A DNA stretch of 62,000 nucleotides from Hyalangium minutum (GCF_000737315.1 NZ_JMCB01000001.1:144001-206000); one strand, 5' to 3'. Positions 20,608 through 30,780 are shown, counted from the first letter of the stretch. Notes: generated from the letters alone by a model not told the origin. Translations and numbers: made by a program.

Positions 20608-20669
20608 ACAACCTTCTGGATCATGAACGGCTCACTACGCTGGCACAGCCCAGCACATCCACCAAGCTT

Positions 20670-21353
20670 TCAGCTGGCCGGGCTCTGCACGCGTGCTTGC
20701 TTCAGCCCGTAGTCCTCCAGGCGCAAGTAGCTGGTGTTGATCCAGATGAGCGGCTGGATGAGCCACCCCACGAACGCCAGGAAGAAGATCGTTCCAATAC
20801 CAATTGGCCCTCCAAGTACCCACCCAGCAGCCAGCAGCAGCACCTCCATGACGCCCTTGCAGAGCCAGAAGGGCAGCTTCCACCTGCGCACCATCGTCAA
20901 GGCCACCAGATCCATGGCCCGGATCCCGATGCCGCTCATGATGATCAACGAGGAGCCATAGGCGCACAGCACCACGCCCGCCAGCATCATCGGGAACGGG
21001 CTGAGCCCCACGAAGCGCTCCACGAAGTGCAGGTTCATCCACAGATCGATGAGGCTGCCGCAAAAGAAGAAGGTGAAGAAGGGGGACAGCGGGGGCCTCG
21101 TCCGGTTCCAGAGCCCGTAGACCAGCAGGCACAGCGCCGCGAAGCCTCCTTGCGCCAGCCCCACCGTGAGCGGCAGGTGCTTGACCAGGCCCAGCGCCAT
21201 GACGTCGAGCGGGTCCGTCCCCAGGTTCGACGCGATGAAGAACGCCGCTCCCATCGAGAATGTCACGCAGCCGAACAAGTACAGCACGTACTGGTCGCGT
21301 CCGAGCCCCAACAGCCATTTCCAGATTTTCTCGAAAAACAAGCTTACCCCCAA
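20670..21353 (-). CDS. YczE/YyaS/YitT-family membrane protein
   Basis: TTG start after GAGGAG. Internally repeated motifs SNLGTDPLDVMALGL and SGIGIRAMDLV; LGGPIGIGTIFF. Confidence 0.82.
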   Translation of the reverse strand: MGVSLFFEKIWKWLLGLGRDQYVLYLFGCVTFSMGAAFFIASNLGTDPLDVMALGLVKHLPLTVGLAQGGFAALCLLVYGLWNRTRPPLSPFFTFFFCGSLIDLWMNLHFVERFVGLSPFPMMLAGVVLCAYGSSLIIMSGIGIRAMDLVALTMVRRWKLPFWLCKGVMEVLLLAAGWVLGGPIGIGTIFFLAFVGWLIQPLIWINTSYLRLEDYGLKQARVQSPAS

Positions 21354-21433
21354 GTCGCAGGCTCCTCTGTCTAACACAGGAATCCAGGTTTTTTGCAATA
21401 TTCTGGTTCCGAGGAGGAGTCGGCAGGAGGGGC

Positions 21434-22762
21434 TCAGGCGGCGAAGGTCTTGGCGAGCTGCTGAGCCCGGACGAGCCCCATGATGAAGGGGATGGCGAAG
21501 TTGAGGGGGTGGACGTCCGGCGCGAGCTGGCGGGACAGGCCGAAGAGCGTCACCACGGCGCGCTCGACGCAGTACCACCCCTCCGGATACTGGAGCGCCT
21601 TGAGCAGGTCGCGCATCTCGCTGGCCTTCACGCCAATCTCCTCGGGCTTGCCAGGCTCGGTGCCGGGGGTCTTGCGCAGCTCCTCCACCACGCGCTTGAA
21701 GTAGCCGCGGATCACCCGCTCGAGCACCTCGCGCTTGCCCGCCTTGCTCATGAAGCCAATGGTCTCCACGCCGCGGATGACGAGCTCTTCATCCCGCGTG
21801 GCCACCCCGGTCAGCACCTGCTGCAACCCCTCGACGATGTGCGGCGCGGGCTCGGTGACCGTACCGAAGTCCAGCAGCACCAGGCGTGGGCCGGTGGGCC
21901 CCGGCTGCACGAAGAAGTTCCCGGGGTGCGGGTCCGCCTGGAAGAAGCGGTTCAGGAAGAACTGCTTGCAGAAGAGGCTGACCAGCCGGGTGGCCAGCGC
22001 CTTGCCGTCGATGCCGGCCGCCGCGAGCTCCTCCCGGCGCGTCATCTTGATGCCCTGCACGTAGCTCATCACCAGCACCTTCTCCGAGGTGAAGTCCCAG
22101 TACACCTGGGGGAAGCTCACGTCGGGCTCGCCGGCGAACTCCTGGGCCATGCGCTCCATGGCCCGTGCCTCGTGACGGAAGTCGGTCTCGCTGCGCAACA
22201 GCGCCTCGAGCTGCACCATCACCCGCTCCAGCGAGGCGACGGGGAAGAACAGGCGCGACATCTTCAGCGAGTGCCGCATCATCGCCATGTCCACCTTCAG
22301 CAGGCGGTGCGAGGTGGGGTAGAGGATCTTGACGGCAACCTCCTCCCCCGTCTTCAGCGTGGCGCGGTGCACCTGCGCCAGCGAGGCGGCGGCGATAGGT
22401 TGCTCCTCAAAGCGAGCGAACACCTCGTGGGGGCGCTTCCCCACCGCCCCCACGAAGGTGCGCTCCATCTCCGAGAAGGGATGCGGAGGCACCTGATCTT
22501 GCAGATCCTCCAGTTCCTCCATGTATGCGGCGGGAAGCACGTTGCCCATCAGCGAGGCCAGCTGCCCGAACTTGATGTAGACGCCGCGGAGCTTCTCGAT
22601 GCCGTGGTAGACGCGCCGCGCATTGGTGCGGTGCACACGCTCCCTGCGTTCCTTCATGCGCTCTTTGCCGAGCAGCTTTTCCAGGCTTACCTGGATCAAG
22701 TAGCTCAACATGATGGTATAGTAGAGAACCGAAGCGCGACCGAGCCTTGTCAATATCCACAT
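21434..22762 (-). CDS. ABC1/AarF/UbiB atypical kinase (copy 1)
   Basis: [37 protein letters not shown]. Confidence 0.93.
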   Translation of the reverse strand: MWILTRLGRASVLYYTIMLSYLIQVSLEKLLGKERMKERRERVHRTNARRVYHGIEKLRGVYIKFGQLASLMGNVLPAAYMEELEDLQDQVPPHPFSEMERTFVGAVGKRPHEVFARFEEQPIAAASLAQVHRATLKTGEEVAVKILYPTSHRLLKVDMAMMRHSLKMSRLFFPVASLERVMVQLEALLRSETDFRHEARAMERMAQEFAGEPDVSFPQVYWDFTSEKVLVMSYVQGIKMTRREELAAAGIDGKALATRLVSLFCKQFFLNRFFQADPHPGNFFVQPGPTGPRLVLLDFGTVTEPAPHIVEGLQQVLTGVATRDEELVIRGVETIGFMSKAGKREVLERVIRGYFKRVVEELRKTPGTEPGKPEEIGVKASEMRDLLKALQYPEGWYCVERAVVTLFGLSRQLAPDVHPLNFAIPFIMGLVRAQQLAKTFAA

Positions 22763-22838
22763 GGGGGGGCCTTTGGTGTTGGGGGCGCTTCATAACACCT
22801 CTTGCAGGCCTCTTTCACCTGCCCCCTCCCCCACTCAT

Positions 22839-24128
22839 ATGACCACCATGAGCACAGCCCCCGCCAATTCCTCCGCAGATCTGATCCACGGAGGGACGAC
22901 TGATACGAAATACCAGACGCCGCAGCGGCGCCTGATGGAGCAGGCCTTCAACCGCGCATTGCAGGCAGGTAAGCGGCTGGTCGTGCGCATCGAGGCCCCC
23001 TGGTCTGACGAGTGCGTCACCTACGAGGAGAGCCTCCCCCAGCACGGCGCGCGGCTCAATGAGCTGCTGTCCAAGGTGGAGTCGCTGGTGCTCAACGAGG
23101 CCGACTTCGATCGCGCGCATGGAGTGGACTACCTGCCCTCGGAGATGCTGCACTTCCAGACCGTCTACTTCTGTGATCCGGCCACCCGCACCTGGGCCAT
23201 CGTCCCACACGTGACGAGCGCGCAGCTCTTCACCCAGTACCTCACCCTGTGGCTGGAGCGGCCCCAGTTCCCCCAGACGCTCCAGCAGCTGGCGCTCGAG
23301 GCCACCACGCCGGAGACGGCGGTGGGCATCCCCTTCAAGCACCTGGTGGAAACGGCCATCCAGACGGCCGGCTACAGCCTCAGCTTCGAGGAGACGCGGG
23401 CACTCGTGGAGAAGCTCCGGGAGAAGAAGGCGAAGCAGCCGGACCTCTTCCAAGGCATTGATCTCGACGCCCTGTACATGCGGGGAAGCCAGAACCAGAT
23501 CAGCGCGGGGCGCATCACCTACGAGGAGCTGTCCGCAAAGGATCCGCAGCTGGGCAAGCGCATGTTCGACTCGCTGGAGAACATGATCGAGGCGCGCCTG
23601 TACAACGTGATCGGCGTGCTGCTCCGCAAGCAAGGGCTGGAGGCAGCGGCGCGCCAGGTGCCCGCGCTGCTCGAGACGGTCCACAAGGACATGGCGGCCA
23701 AGGGGCTCACCCACGAGGGCGAGGTGGCGGACACCGGCATCGTCCGGGCGAAGAACGAGGCGGCCTTCAAGGTGCTCGAGGCCCGCGCGGGGTTGATCAC
23801 CCGCGAGCAGGCGGTGAAGTTCAACGAGCAGCTCATCGCGCAGAACGTGCCCTTCTACTTCCGCGAGTCGGTGCCCCACATCTTCGTGGCGCTCGGGGAC
23901 TACGCGACGGCCGCCTCCCTCATTGAGGCGACCCTGCCAGAGTGGGGCATGTTCTACGACGGCCTCATCGCGCACATGCGCTCGCAGACGAAGTCCAAGG
24001 ACAGCAAGGACGAGAAGATGGTGCAGATGTTCGGCAACAAGCTGGCCATCTTCGAGAAGCTGAAGGTCCGCGTGATCAACGCGCGCAGGGCCCGGGCCGA
24101 GAGCCTGAGGAAGCTCGCCTCCTCCTGA
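22839..24128 (+). CDS. Hypothetical protein, helical C-terminal half
   Basis: Strong GC3 codon bias over ~430 codons; no recognisable motif. Start taken as ATG 22839 (or 22848). Confidence 0.8.
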   Translation: MTTMSTAPANSSADLIHGGTTDTKYQTPQRRLMEQAFNRALQAGKRLVVRIEAPWSDECVTYEESLPQHGARLNELLSKVESLVLNEADFDRAHGVDYLPSEMLHFQTVYFCDPATRTWAIVPHVTSAQLFTQYLTLWLERPQFPQTLQQLALEATTPETAVGIPFKHLVETAIQTAGYSLSFEETRALVEKLREKKAKQPDLFQGIDLDALYMRGSQNQISAGRITYEELSAKDPQLGKRMFDSLENMIEARLYNVIGVLLRKQGLEAAARQVPALLETVHKDMAAKGLTHEGEVADTGIVRAKNEAAFKVLEARAGLITREQAVKFNEQLIAQNVPFYFRESVPHIFVALGDYATAASLIEATLPEWGMFYDGLIAHMRSQTKSKDSKDEKMVQMFGNKLAIFEKLKVRVINARRARAESLRKLASS

Positions 24129-24141
24129 GCCGCCGGAGTCG

Positions 24142-24169
24142 AGAGGGCCCCTGACGTTGGGGGCCCTCT
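24142..24169. terminator. Hairpin between convergent genes, probably a bidirectional terminator
   Basis: AGAGGGCCCC-tgacgttg-GGGGCCCTCT, a perfect 10-bp stem with no U-tract. Confidence 0.55.
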
Positions 24170-24212
24170 GCAGGGAAGGCTCCCAGGCCCGGGAAGACGG
24201 GTGGCCGGGGCC

Positions 24213-27200
24213 TCAGCGGCCGCGCAGGGCCTCCTTCACGTGCTCCGCCATCGTGAGCGCGAAGGGGCGCCGCGGCAGGCTGAAGTGGTTGGCTCCCGGC
24301 ACATCCCTCGTCACCACCTCTCCCTTGAGGTAGGAGCGCCATCCCAGGATGTCGTCGCCGTAGTTATCGGTGAGCATTGTGGGCACCGTGGAGCGCACGA
24401 AGAGGACCCGCCCATCGTAGGGCTGGGCTTGGTAGCGCTCCCACACCGCCACGTGGTGCCGTACCAGCTTCTTGAGGTTCTCCATCTCTGGCTGCCGCGT
24501 GCTGAGCAGGGGCGACTGCTCATCCAGGATCTGCCCCAGCACGGAGTTGCGCTTGGCGAAGGCCAGCAGGCGCCGCTCCATCCAGTCAGAGAAGCCCGAC
24601 GCCTTCTCGCCCCGCTTCGCCCGCTCCGCGCGCCGTGAGGCGAGCCGCACGAACATGTCGTCCATCGCATACGGGGCGAAGCCGCCCCAGATCTCGATGA
24701 AGCTGCGGATCTTGCGGTACATCAGCCGCAAGGGGCTGTGGCCGCTCCAGCGATCATTGGCGAAGGGGGCATCCAGCAGCGCCAGCAGCTCCACCTTCTG
24801 CGAGGCGGCGCGAAGCTGCTGCGCCATCTCGAAGGCCACCATGCCGCCGAAGCAGTAGCCGCCCAGGTAATACGGCCCCTCGGGCTGGACGGTGCGAATG
24901 GCCTGGACGTAGCTCGCCGCCATATCGCGCACGTCCGCTTGGGTCTTGCTCAGATCGGTGATGGCGGGATCCTGGATCGCGTAGACGGGCCGCTCCTTGC
25001 CCACCTGCTGCGCGAAGTCGACCAGGGCAAACGCCACTCCACCCGCGCCGTGCACGCAGAAGAAGGGCGAGCCATTGCCCGCCTTCTGGATGGGGACGAG
25101 CGCGCTGGCGGAGGCTCCCGCGGGGACGATGTCCGCCCGCGCGCTCACGAGCAGAGCCAGCGTGGCCGCCGTGGGAGCCTCGAAGAAGCCCATCAGCGGG
25201 AAAGTACAGCCGAAGGTGTCCTGGACCTCTTTGATCAAGGTGATGGCGGACAGAGAGTTGCCACCCAGCTCGAAGTAGTTGTCCCCCACACCCACCGGGC
25301 GAAGGCTCAGCTGGGCCTCCAACATCTGGACGATCTTCCGCTCCACGTCATTGCGCGGGGCCACGTACGGCTCGGCCATCTCGGGGCGCACGGCCTCGGG
25401 CGGAGGCAGGGCCTTGCGGTCGAGCTTGCCGTTGGGCGTCAGTGGCAGCGTGTCGAGCACGATGAAGTGGGAGGGGACCATGTGCGCCGGCAGCCTCGCG
25501 CCCACCCACTCCCTCAACATGGAGGGCAGCTTGCCTGTGGAGAGGGCCCGCTTGGGGAAGCGGCAGTACTGCTCGGGCGCACCCAGCGTCCCGTATCGGT
25601 CCGGACGGAAGGAGGACGGAACCTGGCCCGCCTTCTCCCGGTAGAACTGCGCGTCGAAGCCACCGGGCGCATCGCCCACAGACCAGCAGATCGCCACACG
25701 CCACCCGTGACGGGCGGCCAGCTCGCGCACCGCCTCCGGGTGCAGCCCCGGCTGGCCCTGGGCCTCCTGGGGCAGGCGCGCATTGGGAATCCCGCGCACG
25801 AGGAAGGCGGGCTCGGAGGACTCCTTCGCCAGCTTCTCCAGCGCGGCCATGTCCACGGGCTGGGTGGCCCAGTCGCGCACCGGCTGCTGCGCGAGGAAGG
25901 CGGGCTGGGACTGAACCTGGAGGAAGGCGTCGTAGCGGAAGCGGGTGAACTCGTTCTCGCTGCGGCCCTCGCGCAGCTCCACGCGCACGCGATCCACCTG
26001 CGGGAACGTCCCCGCCAGAGCGTGGAAGAACTCGGGGCTGATCACCAGCTCCTTCTCGTTGAGCAGCGCCACCTCCAGCCTGCGCGCCAGCTCCTCCTGG
26101 GAGAACGGCTTGGCGGCGCGGTGCCGCAGGATGTCCGCGTGGAACACCTCCTGGAGGTGCGCGTTGCGGATGTCGCCCATGAAGAGCACGCCGCCGGGAG
26201 CCAGCAAGTCCAGCGCCTGGCGAATGACGGACAGGAAGTACTCGGCGTCCGGGAAGTACTGCACCACCGAGTTGAGGATCACGAGGTCATACTCGTGGCT
26301 CCCCAGGCCGGACAGCTGGTTGGCCTCGCGCTGGAGCACGCGGGCGTTGCTCAGCCCCTCCTTCTCAAAGCGGGCCTGCAGGTGATCCACGGCGCTCTGA
26401 GAGAAGTCCAAGCCGGTGTACTGCTCACAGCGCTTGCTGAGCGGCAACGCCAGGAGTCCCAGGCCGCTGCCGATCTCCAGGACGCGGCGCGGGGAGAGCG
26501 CGAACAGCCGCTGGAGCGTGGTATCGGCCCACTCCCGCATCTCCGCTTCCGGCACCAACTGGCCCGTGTAGCTGCTGCGGTAGCCGGCGAACGGGTTGTC
26601 GCGGCTCTCGATGACGGCCTGCCGGCCGCCGCCCTCGTGCAGGTAGGCCTCGTTGAACAACCCCTGCCAGTCTGTGGACTCCGCGCGGCCCACCACCTCC
26701 GCGGGCACCACGTAGCAGATCAGCCGCGAATCCTGGTTCGCGTCCTCGTCCTTGATGACCACGGCTTCGGAGACGGCCGGGTGCTGGCGCAGCGTGTTCT
26801 CGATCTCGCCAGGCTCGATGCGGTAGCCGCGGATCTTCACCTGGTGATCCACGCGCCCCAGGTACTCGAGGTTGCCGTCCGCGTGCATGCGGACGCGATC
26901 CCCGGTCCGGTACCAGCCCTGCACGAACTTCTCCTGGTTGAGCTCCGGCCGGTTGAGGTAGCCACGGGCCACCCCCACCCCACCGATCCACAGCTCCCCC
27001 ACCTCGCCAGCCGGCACGGGCTGGCCCGACTCATCGGCGACCTTCAGCTCGGTGTTGTCGATCGGCTTGCCAATCAGCATCGCCTCAGAGTGGAGATCCA
27101 CCAGCCACCCGGTGGAGTAGATGGTGGTCTCGGTGGGGCCGTACCAGTTCCAAACGCGCTTGCCGCGGGACAGCAGCTGCTCGGCCAGCTCGCGAGAGAG

Positions 27201-28094
27201 AGGCTCGCCGCCAGTGCAGATGGTGAGGTTGGAGCGGCTCTTCCACCCGAGCTTGAGCAGCATCTTCCAGCCCGAGGCCGTGGACTGCGCGTAGGTGGCC
27301 GAGCTGCGCTCCAGGAGCGCGGCGAACCGCTCCCCATCCTTGAGCTCGTTGCGATCGGCCACCCACGTGGTGCCGCCCACCAGCAGCGCCAGGTGCAGCT
27401 CCGCCGCCGCGATGTCGAAGCAGATCGACGCGGTGGCCAGATAGGTATCCGTGGGCCCCATGCCCGTCAGCCGGTGGACGGAGAGCAGCAGGTTGGTGAG
27501 GGAGCGGTGCTCGATCTGCGCCCCCTTGGGCCTGCCCGTGGAGCCCGACGTGTAGAGCACGTAGGCGCGATCCGTGGGCCGCGGGCCGTCCTGCCGGGAC
27601 ACGGGCGGCGCCGCGGCGATGGCGGCGGCATCCCGATCGACGCAGATGGCCTCCGTGCCATCTCCGAGCAGCTCGCCCAGCAGCGCCTCCTCGGTGATGA
27701 CCAGCCGGATCCCCGCGTCCTTCCAGATGTAGCGCAGGTGCTCCGGCGGGTAGTCCGGATCCATGGGCACGTACGAGCCCCCGGACAGCATCACGCCCAG
27801 GGTGGCGGCCACCATGTCGTTGGAGCGGCGCAGCAGGATGCCCACGGGCGTCTCGCGAGTGACGCCACGGGACCGGAGGTAGCCCGCCAGCCGGCAGACC
27901 CGCTCCCTCAGCTCCGCATACGTCCACGCGCGCGACCCGTCCCGGAGAGCGCAGTCCTGGGGCGTCCGCTCCGCCTGCTCACAGAACAGATCACACGCCG
28001 TCCGCTGAAGACGGGAGTGCTCCTCCGGCCCAAATGCCGACTGCGCGGCCACCACCGACGAGCTCACCTGCCGAGCAACACTGGTTCCCTGCAT
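24213..28094 (-). CDS. Stand-alone NRPS: A(N-MT inserted between A8 and A9)-PCP-TE(Cys), no condensation domain
   Basis: YTSGSTGRPKG, YGPTE, YRTGD, KIRGYRIE. MT motifs VLEIGSGLG and NSVVQYFP. A9 LPAHMVP, A10 PNGKLDR, PCP GGNSL, TE GYCFGG with ANH. Confidence 0.95.
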   Translation of the reverse strand: MQGTSVARQVSSSVVAAQSAFGPEEHSRLQRTACDLFCEQAERTPQDCALRDGSRAWTYAELRERVCRLAGYLRSRGVTRETPVGILLRRSNDMVAATLGVMLSGGSYVPMDPDYPPEHLRYIWKDAGIRLVITEEALLGELLGDGTEAICVDRDAAAIAAAPPVSRQDGPRPTDRAYVLYTSGSTGRPKGAQIEHRSLTNLLLSVHRLTGMGPTDTYLATASICFDIAAAELHLALLVGGTTWVADRNELKDGERFAALLERSSATYAQSTASGWKMLLKLGWKSRSNLTICTGGEPLSRELAEQLLSRGKRVWNWYGPTETTIYSTGWLVDLHSEAMLIGKPIDNTELKVADESGQPVPAGEVGELWIGGVGVARGYLNRPELNQEKFVQGWYRTGDRVRMHADGNLEYLGRVDHQVKIRGYRIEPGEIENTLRQHPAVSEAVVIKDEDANQDSRLICYVVPAEVVGRAESTDWQGLFNEAYLHEGGGRQAVIESRDNPFAGYRSSYTGQLVPEAEMREWADTTLQRLFALSPRRVLEIGSGLGLLALPLSKRCEQYTGLDFSQSAVDHLQARFEKEGLSNARVLQREANQLSGLGSHEYDLVILNSVVQYFPDAEYFLSVIRQALDLLAPGGVLFMGDIRNAHLQEVFHADILRHRAAKPFSQEELARRLEVALLNEKELVISPEFFHALAGTFPQVDRVRVELREGRSENEFTRFRYDAFLQVQSQPAFLAQQPVRDWATQPVDMAALEKLAKESSEPAFLVRGIPNARLPQEAQGQPGLHPEAVRELAARHGWRVAICWSVGDAPGGFDAQFYREKAGQVPSSFRPDRYGTLGAPEQYCRFPKRALSTGKLPSMLREWVGARLPAHMVPSHFIVLDTLPLTPNGKLDRKALPPPEAVRPEMAEPYVAPRNDVERKIVQMLEAQLSLRPVGVGDNYFELGGNSLSAITLIKEVQDTFGCTFPLMGFFEAPTAATLALLVSARADIVPAGASASALVPIQKAGNGSPFFCVHGAGGVAFALVDFAQQVGKERPVYAIQDPAITDLSKTQADVRDMAASYVQAIRTVQPEGPYYLGGYCFGGMVAFEMAQQLRAASQKVELLALLDAPFANDRWSGHSPLRLMYRKIRSFIEIWGGFAPYAMDDMFVRLASRRAERAKRGEKASGFSDWMERRLLAFAKRNSVLGQILDEQSPLLSTRQPEMENLKKLVRHHVAVWERYQAQPYDGRVLFVRSTVPTMLTDNYGDDILGWRSYLKGEVVTRDVPGANHFSLPRRPFALTMAEHVKEALRGR

Positions 28095-28148
28095 GACAGA
28101 CCTGATCCCTTTGAAATGAAGTCGATGGGGCAGAAGCAGCGGCTGGGC

Positions 28149-28598
28149 TCAGCCCGCCGCGCGAGCGGCACCCTCGGCCCGAGCCTTGAGCGCCTGGTTC
28201 ATCGCCTCGAAGCTCTTGCGGGCGCCCTCTTGAACCTGCGCGCCCATGAGCGCCGAGAGCGGGCCGGTGAAGATCTCACGGTTGACGAACACCGCCTCAC
28301 GGGCGCCCTTCGGCTCCACCGTGCAGCTGTGCCGGCTGACCAGCAACCAGCCATTCAACACCTTACTCTCCCACTCCAGCTCGCGGCCCGGCGTCACCTG
28401 GACGATCTTCGGCCGAAAGCTCCGCACCGTCCGGGGATCCATCTGCACGGTGATCTCCAACGGCTTGCCCACCACCATCTCTCCCTGGGCCTGGCGCAGG
28501 AAAGGGTTCCACTCGGCGAACGCCTTGAAATCCGTCAGGATGCTCCAGACCTGCTCGGCCGGTGCCTGGATATGGATCTCGGTGCGAATCTCTTTCAC
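28149..28598 (-). CDS. SRPBCC/START (polyketide cyclase/dehydrase-like) protein
   Basis: IRTEIHIQAPAEQVWSILTDFKAFAEWNPF, and FEAMNQALKARAE. Confidence 0.9.
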   Translation of the reverse strand: MKEIRTEIHIQAPAEQVWSILTDFKAFAEWNPFLRQAQGEMVVGKPLEITVQMDPRTVRSFRPKIVQVTPGRELEWESKVLNGWLLVSRHSCTVEPKGAREAVFVNREIFTGPLSALMGAQVQEGARKSFEAMNQALKARAEGAARAAG

Positions 28599-28775
28599 GA
28601 GGAACTCCTAAAGAGGGGCAGTTCGAACCAACGGCCCGTCATATATCCCGTCCCCCTGGACTCATGCAAACCTGGAAAGGCTCGCATCTCCGGAGAGCCT
28701 CTCGCCGTGGTTTGCGCGCCCGTGATAGCGTGTTGATCAGTCCCCAAGAGGGGACAACCTTTTCACGGAGAAACA

Positions 28776-30098
28776 ATGTCGGACGAAGGTGAGATCCCCC
28801 GCGGCAAGATGCGTCGGCTCGGGCGCATGCTGACGCTTCCAGGACGTGCAGGCACGCAGCTGGTCTCGGCAGGCCTGCAGAAAGTGCTCGGCAAAGCAGT
28901 GGACCCGGGCCGCGCCGCCGCCTCGCGAGTGATGGAAGTGCTTGGGGAGATGAAGGGCATCCCCGTCAAGGCCGGCCAGCTGATGACCCTCTTTGGCGAC
29001 AACCTGCCCGAGGAGGCCCGCAAGACGCTGGGCCAGCTGTTCGCCAAGACCCCCACGCTGCCTTTTCCGCAGGTGCGCCACGCCCTGGAGACCGAGCTGG
29101 GCAAGTCCCTGAGCGAGGTCTTCGAATCCTTCGAAGAGACGCCCTGCGCTGGTGCCTCGCTCGGCCAGGTGCACCGCGCCCGGCTGCACTCCGGCGAGAA
29201 GGTGGCCGTCAAGGTCCAATACCCCGGCATCGCTGGCGCCATGCAGGAGGATCTCGAGCTGATCCGGCCCATCGTGAAGACCCTGGGCATGGCCGGCAGC
29301 CTCCTCGACACGAAAGAATACTACGAGGAGATGAAGCGCGATCTGGCCGACGAGCTCAACTACAAGCAGGAGCTGGCCAGCCTCGAGCAGTTCCGCACCT
29401 ACCTGTCCCACTGGCCTGAGCTGGTGGTGCCGCGCAGCTTCCCCGAGTTCAGCACCAGCCGGGTGCTGGTGCTCGAGTGGCTCGAGGGGCCCACCCTGCA
29501 CTCCTGGCTGGAGTCGCCTCACCCCGAGAGCGAGCGCCTCGCCCTGGCCGAGAAGCTGGTGCGCGCCGTCTACGGCCCCTTCCTGCTCCACCGCGTGGTG
29601 CACGGCGACACCCACCCCGGCAACTTCCTGGTGCTGGAGGGCGGCAAGCTGGGCGTGCTCGACTTCGGCGCCATCAAGCCCCTCTCCGAGCCCTTCTGGC
29701 ATGCCGTGGTCTCCGTCATGCAGGGCATGCTGGAGAATCGCAAGGTGGACATCGTCCCCCTGGTGCGGCAGGCCGGCTTCCGCCTCGACATGCCCGAGGA
29801 GCGCGCGCGCACCCTCGTCGAGCGCATCCACGAGCTCATCTCCAGCCCCTTCAAGGGGCCCTATGACTTCGGCAGTGATCAGCTCATCGCCGGCTTCACG
29901 GAGCTCAAGAAGAAGTACCCGCTGGATCTGCTCCGCGTCAGGCCTCCGGCGGAGGGGCTGCTCTTCTACCGGGCCATTGGCGGGCTGAGCCAGAACCTGC
30001 GCCGCCTCCAGATCAAGGGCGACTTCCGCCCCTTCTTCCGCGAGGCGCTCGCCGCTCCCCACCACGTCGAACTGGCACGCGCGCGCCGCTTGGGCTGA
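28776..30098 (+). CDS. ABC1/AarF/UbiB atypical kinase (copy 2)
   Basis: KAGQ, AGASLGQVHRA, VAVKVQYPG, HGDTHPGN, LDFG. Confidence 0.93.
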   Translation: MSDEGEIPRGKMRRLGRMLTLPGRAGTQLVSAGLQKVLGKAVDPGRAAASRVMEVLGEMKGIPVKAGQLMTLFGDNLPEEARKTLGQLFAKTPTLPFPQVRHALETELGKSLSEVFESFEETPCAGASLGQVHRARLHSGEKVAVKVQYPGIAGAMQEDLELIRPIVKTLGMAGSLLDTKEYYEEMKRDLADELNYKQELASLEQFRTYLSHWPELVVPRSFPEFSTSRVLVLEWLEGPTLHSWLESPHPESERLALAEKLVRAVYGPFLLHRVVHGDTHPGNFLVLEGGKLGVLDFGAIKPLSEPFWHAVVSVMQGMLENRKVDIVPLVRQAGFRLDMPEERARTLVERIHELISSPFKGPYDFGSDQLIAGFTELKKKYPLDLLRVRPPAEGLLFYRAIGGLSQNLRRLQIKGDFRPFFREALAAPHHVELARARRLG

Positions 30099-30168
30099 GC
30101 GGAGGACGGTGGGGACGGGCCCCTGACGCCAGGGCCTGAGGGATTGGAGCCACTGACGCCCGGTGGCT

Positions 30169-30780
30169 TCAGTCCTCCACCAGCGGAACGATCCCGAACT
30201 GCTGCCGGAGCTTTTTCAGATCCTCCCCCAGCATGTTCTCCAAGGGCTGCTCGATCAGGCAGACCGCCTTCCTGCCCTGCTCAAGCCCCCACTCCTCGGC
30301 GTGACGCAGCCGAGCTCTGCGGCTGGGGTTGACGACCGCGTAGGCTCTCCTGGCGAAGCGGTACACCCGGCTGCCGGTCTCGGAATATCCCTGCGAATGA
30401 TAGAAGGCATAGGTCCCGAGCTCTCCGACCGTCGTCGCGTCGCACCCCAGGAGGGTATGGAACATGTCGTGCGTTCTCGTCACCCGGGTGGAGAGAGGGA
30501 ACCGGGCGTAGAGCCCGGCCAGTTGAGGCGTCAGATTGACGGTCCCGAGGTTGTAGCGCCGCATGAAGTCGGAATACGCGCGGCCAAAAGTCCCCTTCGG
30601 CATGGCCGCCAATTCGGCCATGTCCACGCGTTTCAAATTGAGATCCATGAAGCCTTTGACCCTCTCACGGATGACGGGGTTCTCATGAGGCTCGGACGCC
30701 ACAGCCTTGAGCACGGCGACATCTCCCATGCGCTTCTCGTGCAGTGCCAAGATCATCGCCGCGAGGACATCCACCTTCAT
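30169..30780 (-). CDS. Coq4-family protein (copy 1)
   Basis: LAAMPKGTFGRAYSDFM and the metal motif HDMFH...TVGE. ATG overlaps the upstream SDR stop (ATGA). Confidence 0.85.
   Translation of the reverse strand: MKVDVLAAMILALHEKRMGDVAVLKAVASEPHENPVIRERVKGFMDLNLKRVDMAELAAMPKGTFGRAYSDFMRRYNLGTVNLTPQLAGLYARFPLSTRVTRTHDMFHTLLGCDATTVGELGTYAFYHSQGYSETGSRVYRFARRAYAVVNPSRRARLRHAEEWGLEQGRKAVCLIEQPLENMLGEDLKKLRQQFGIVPLVED

Noticed and set aside
21360-21420. AT-rich patch with TTGCA considered as a sigma54 promoter
   Set aside because: GG-to-GC spacing is 12 nt rather than the required 10.
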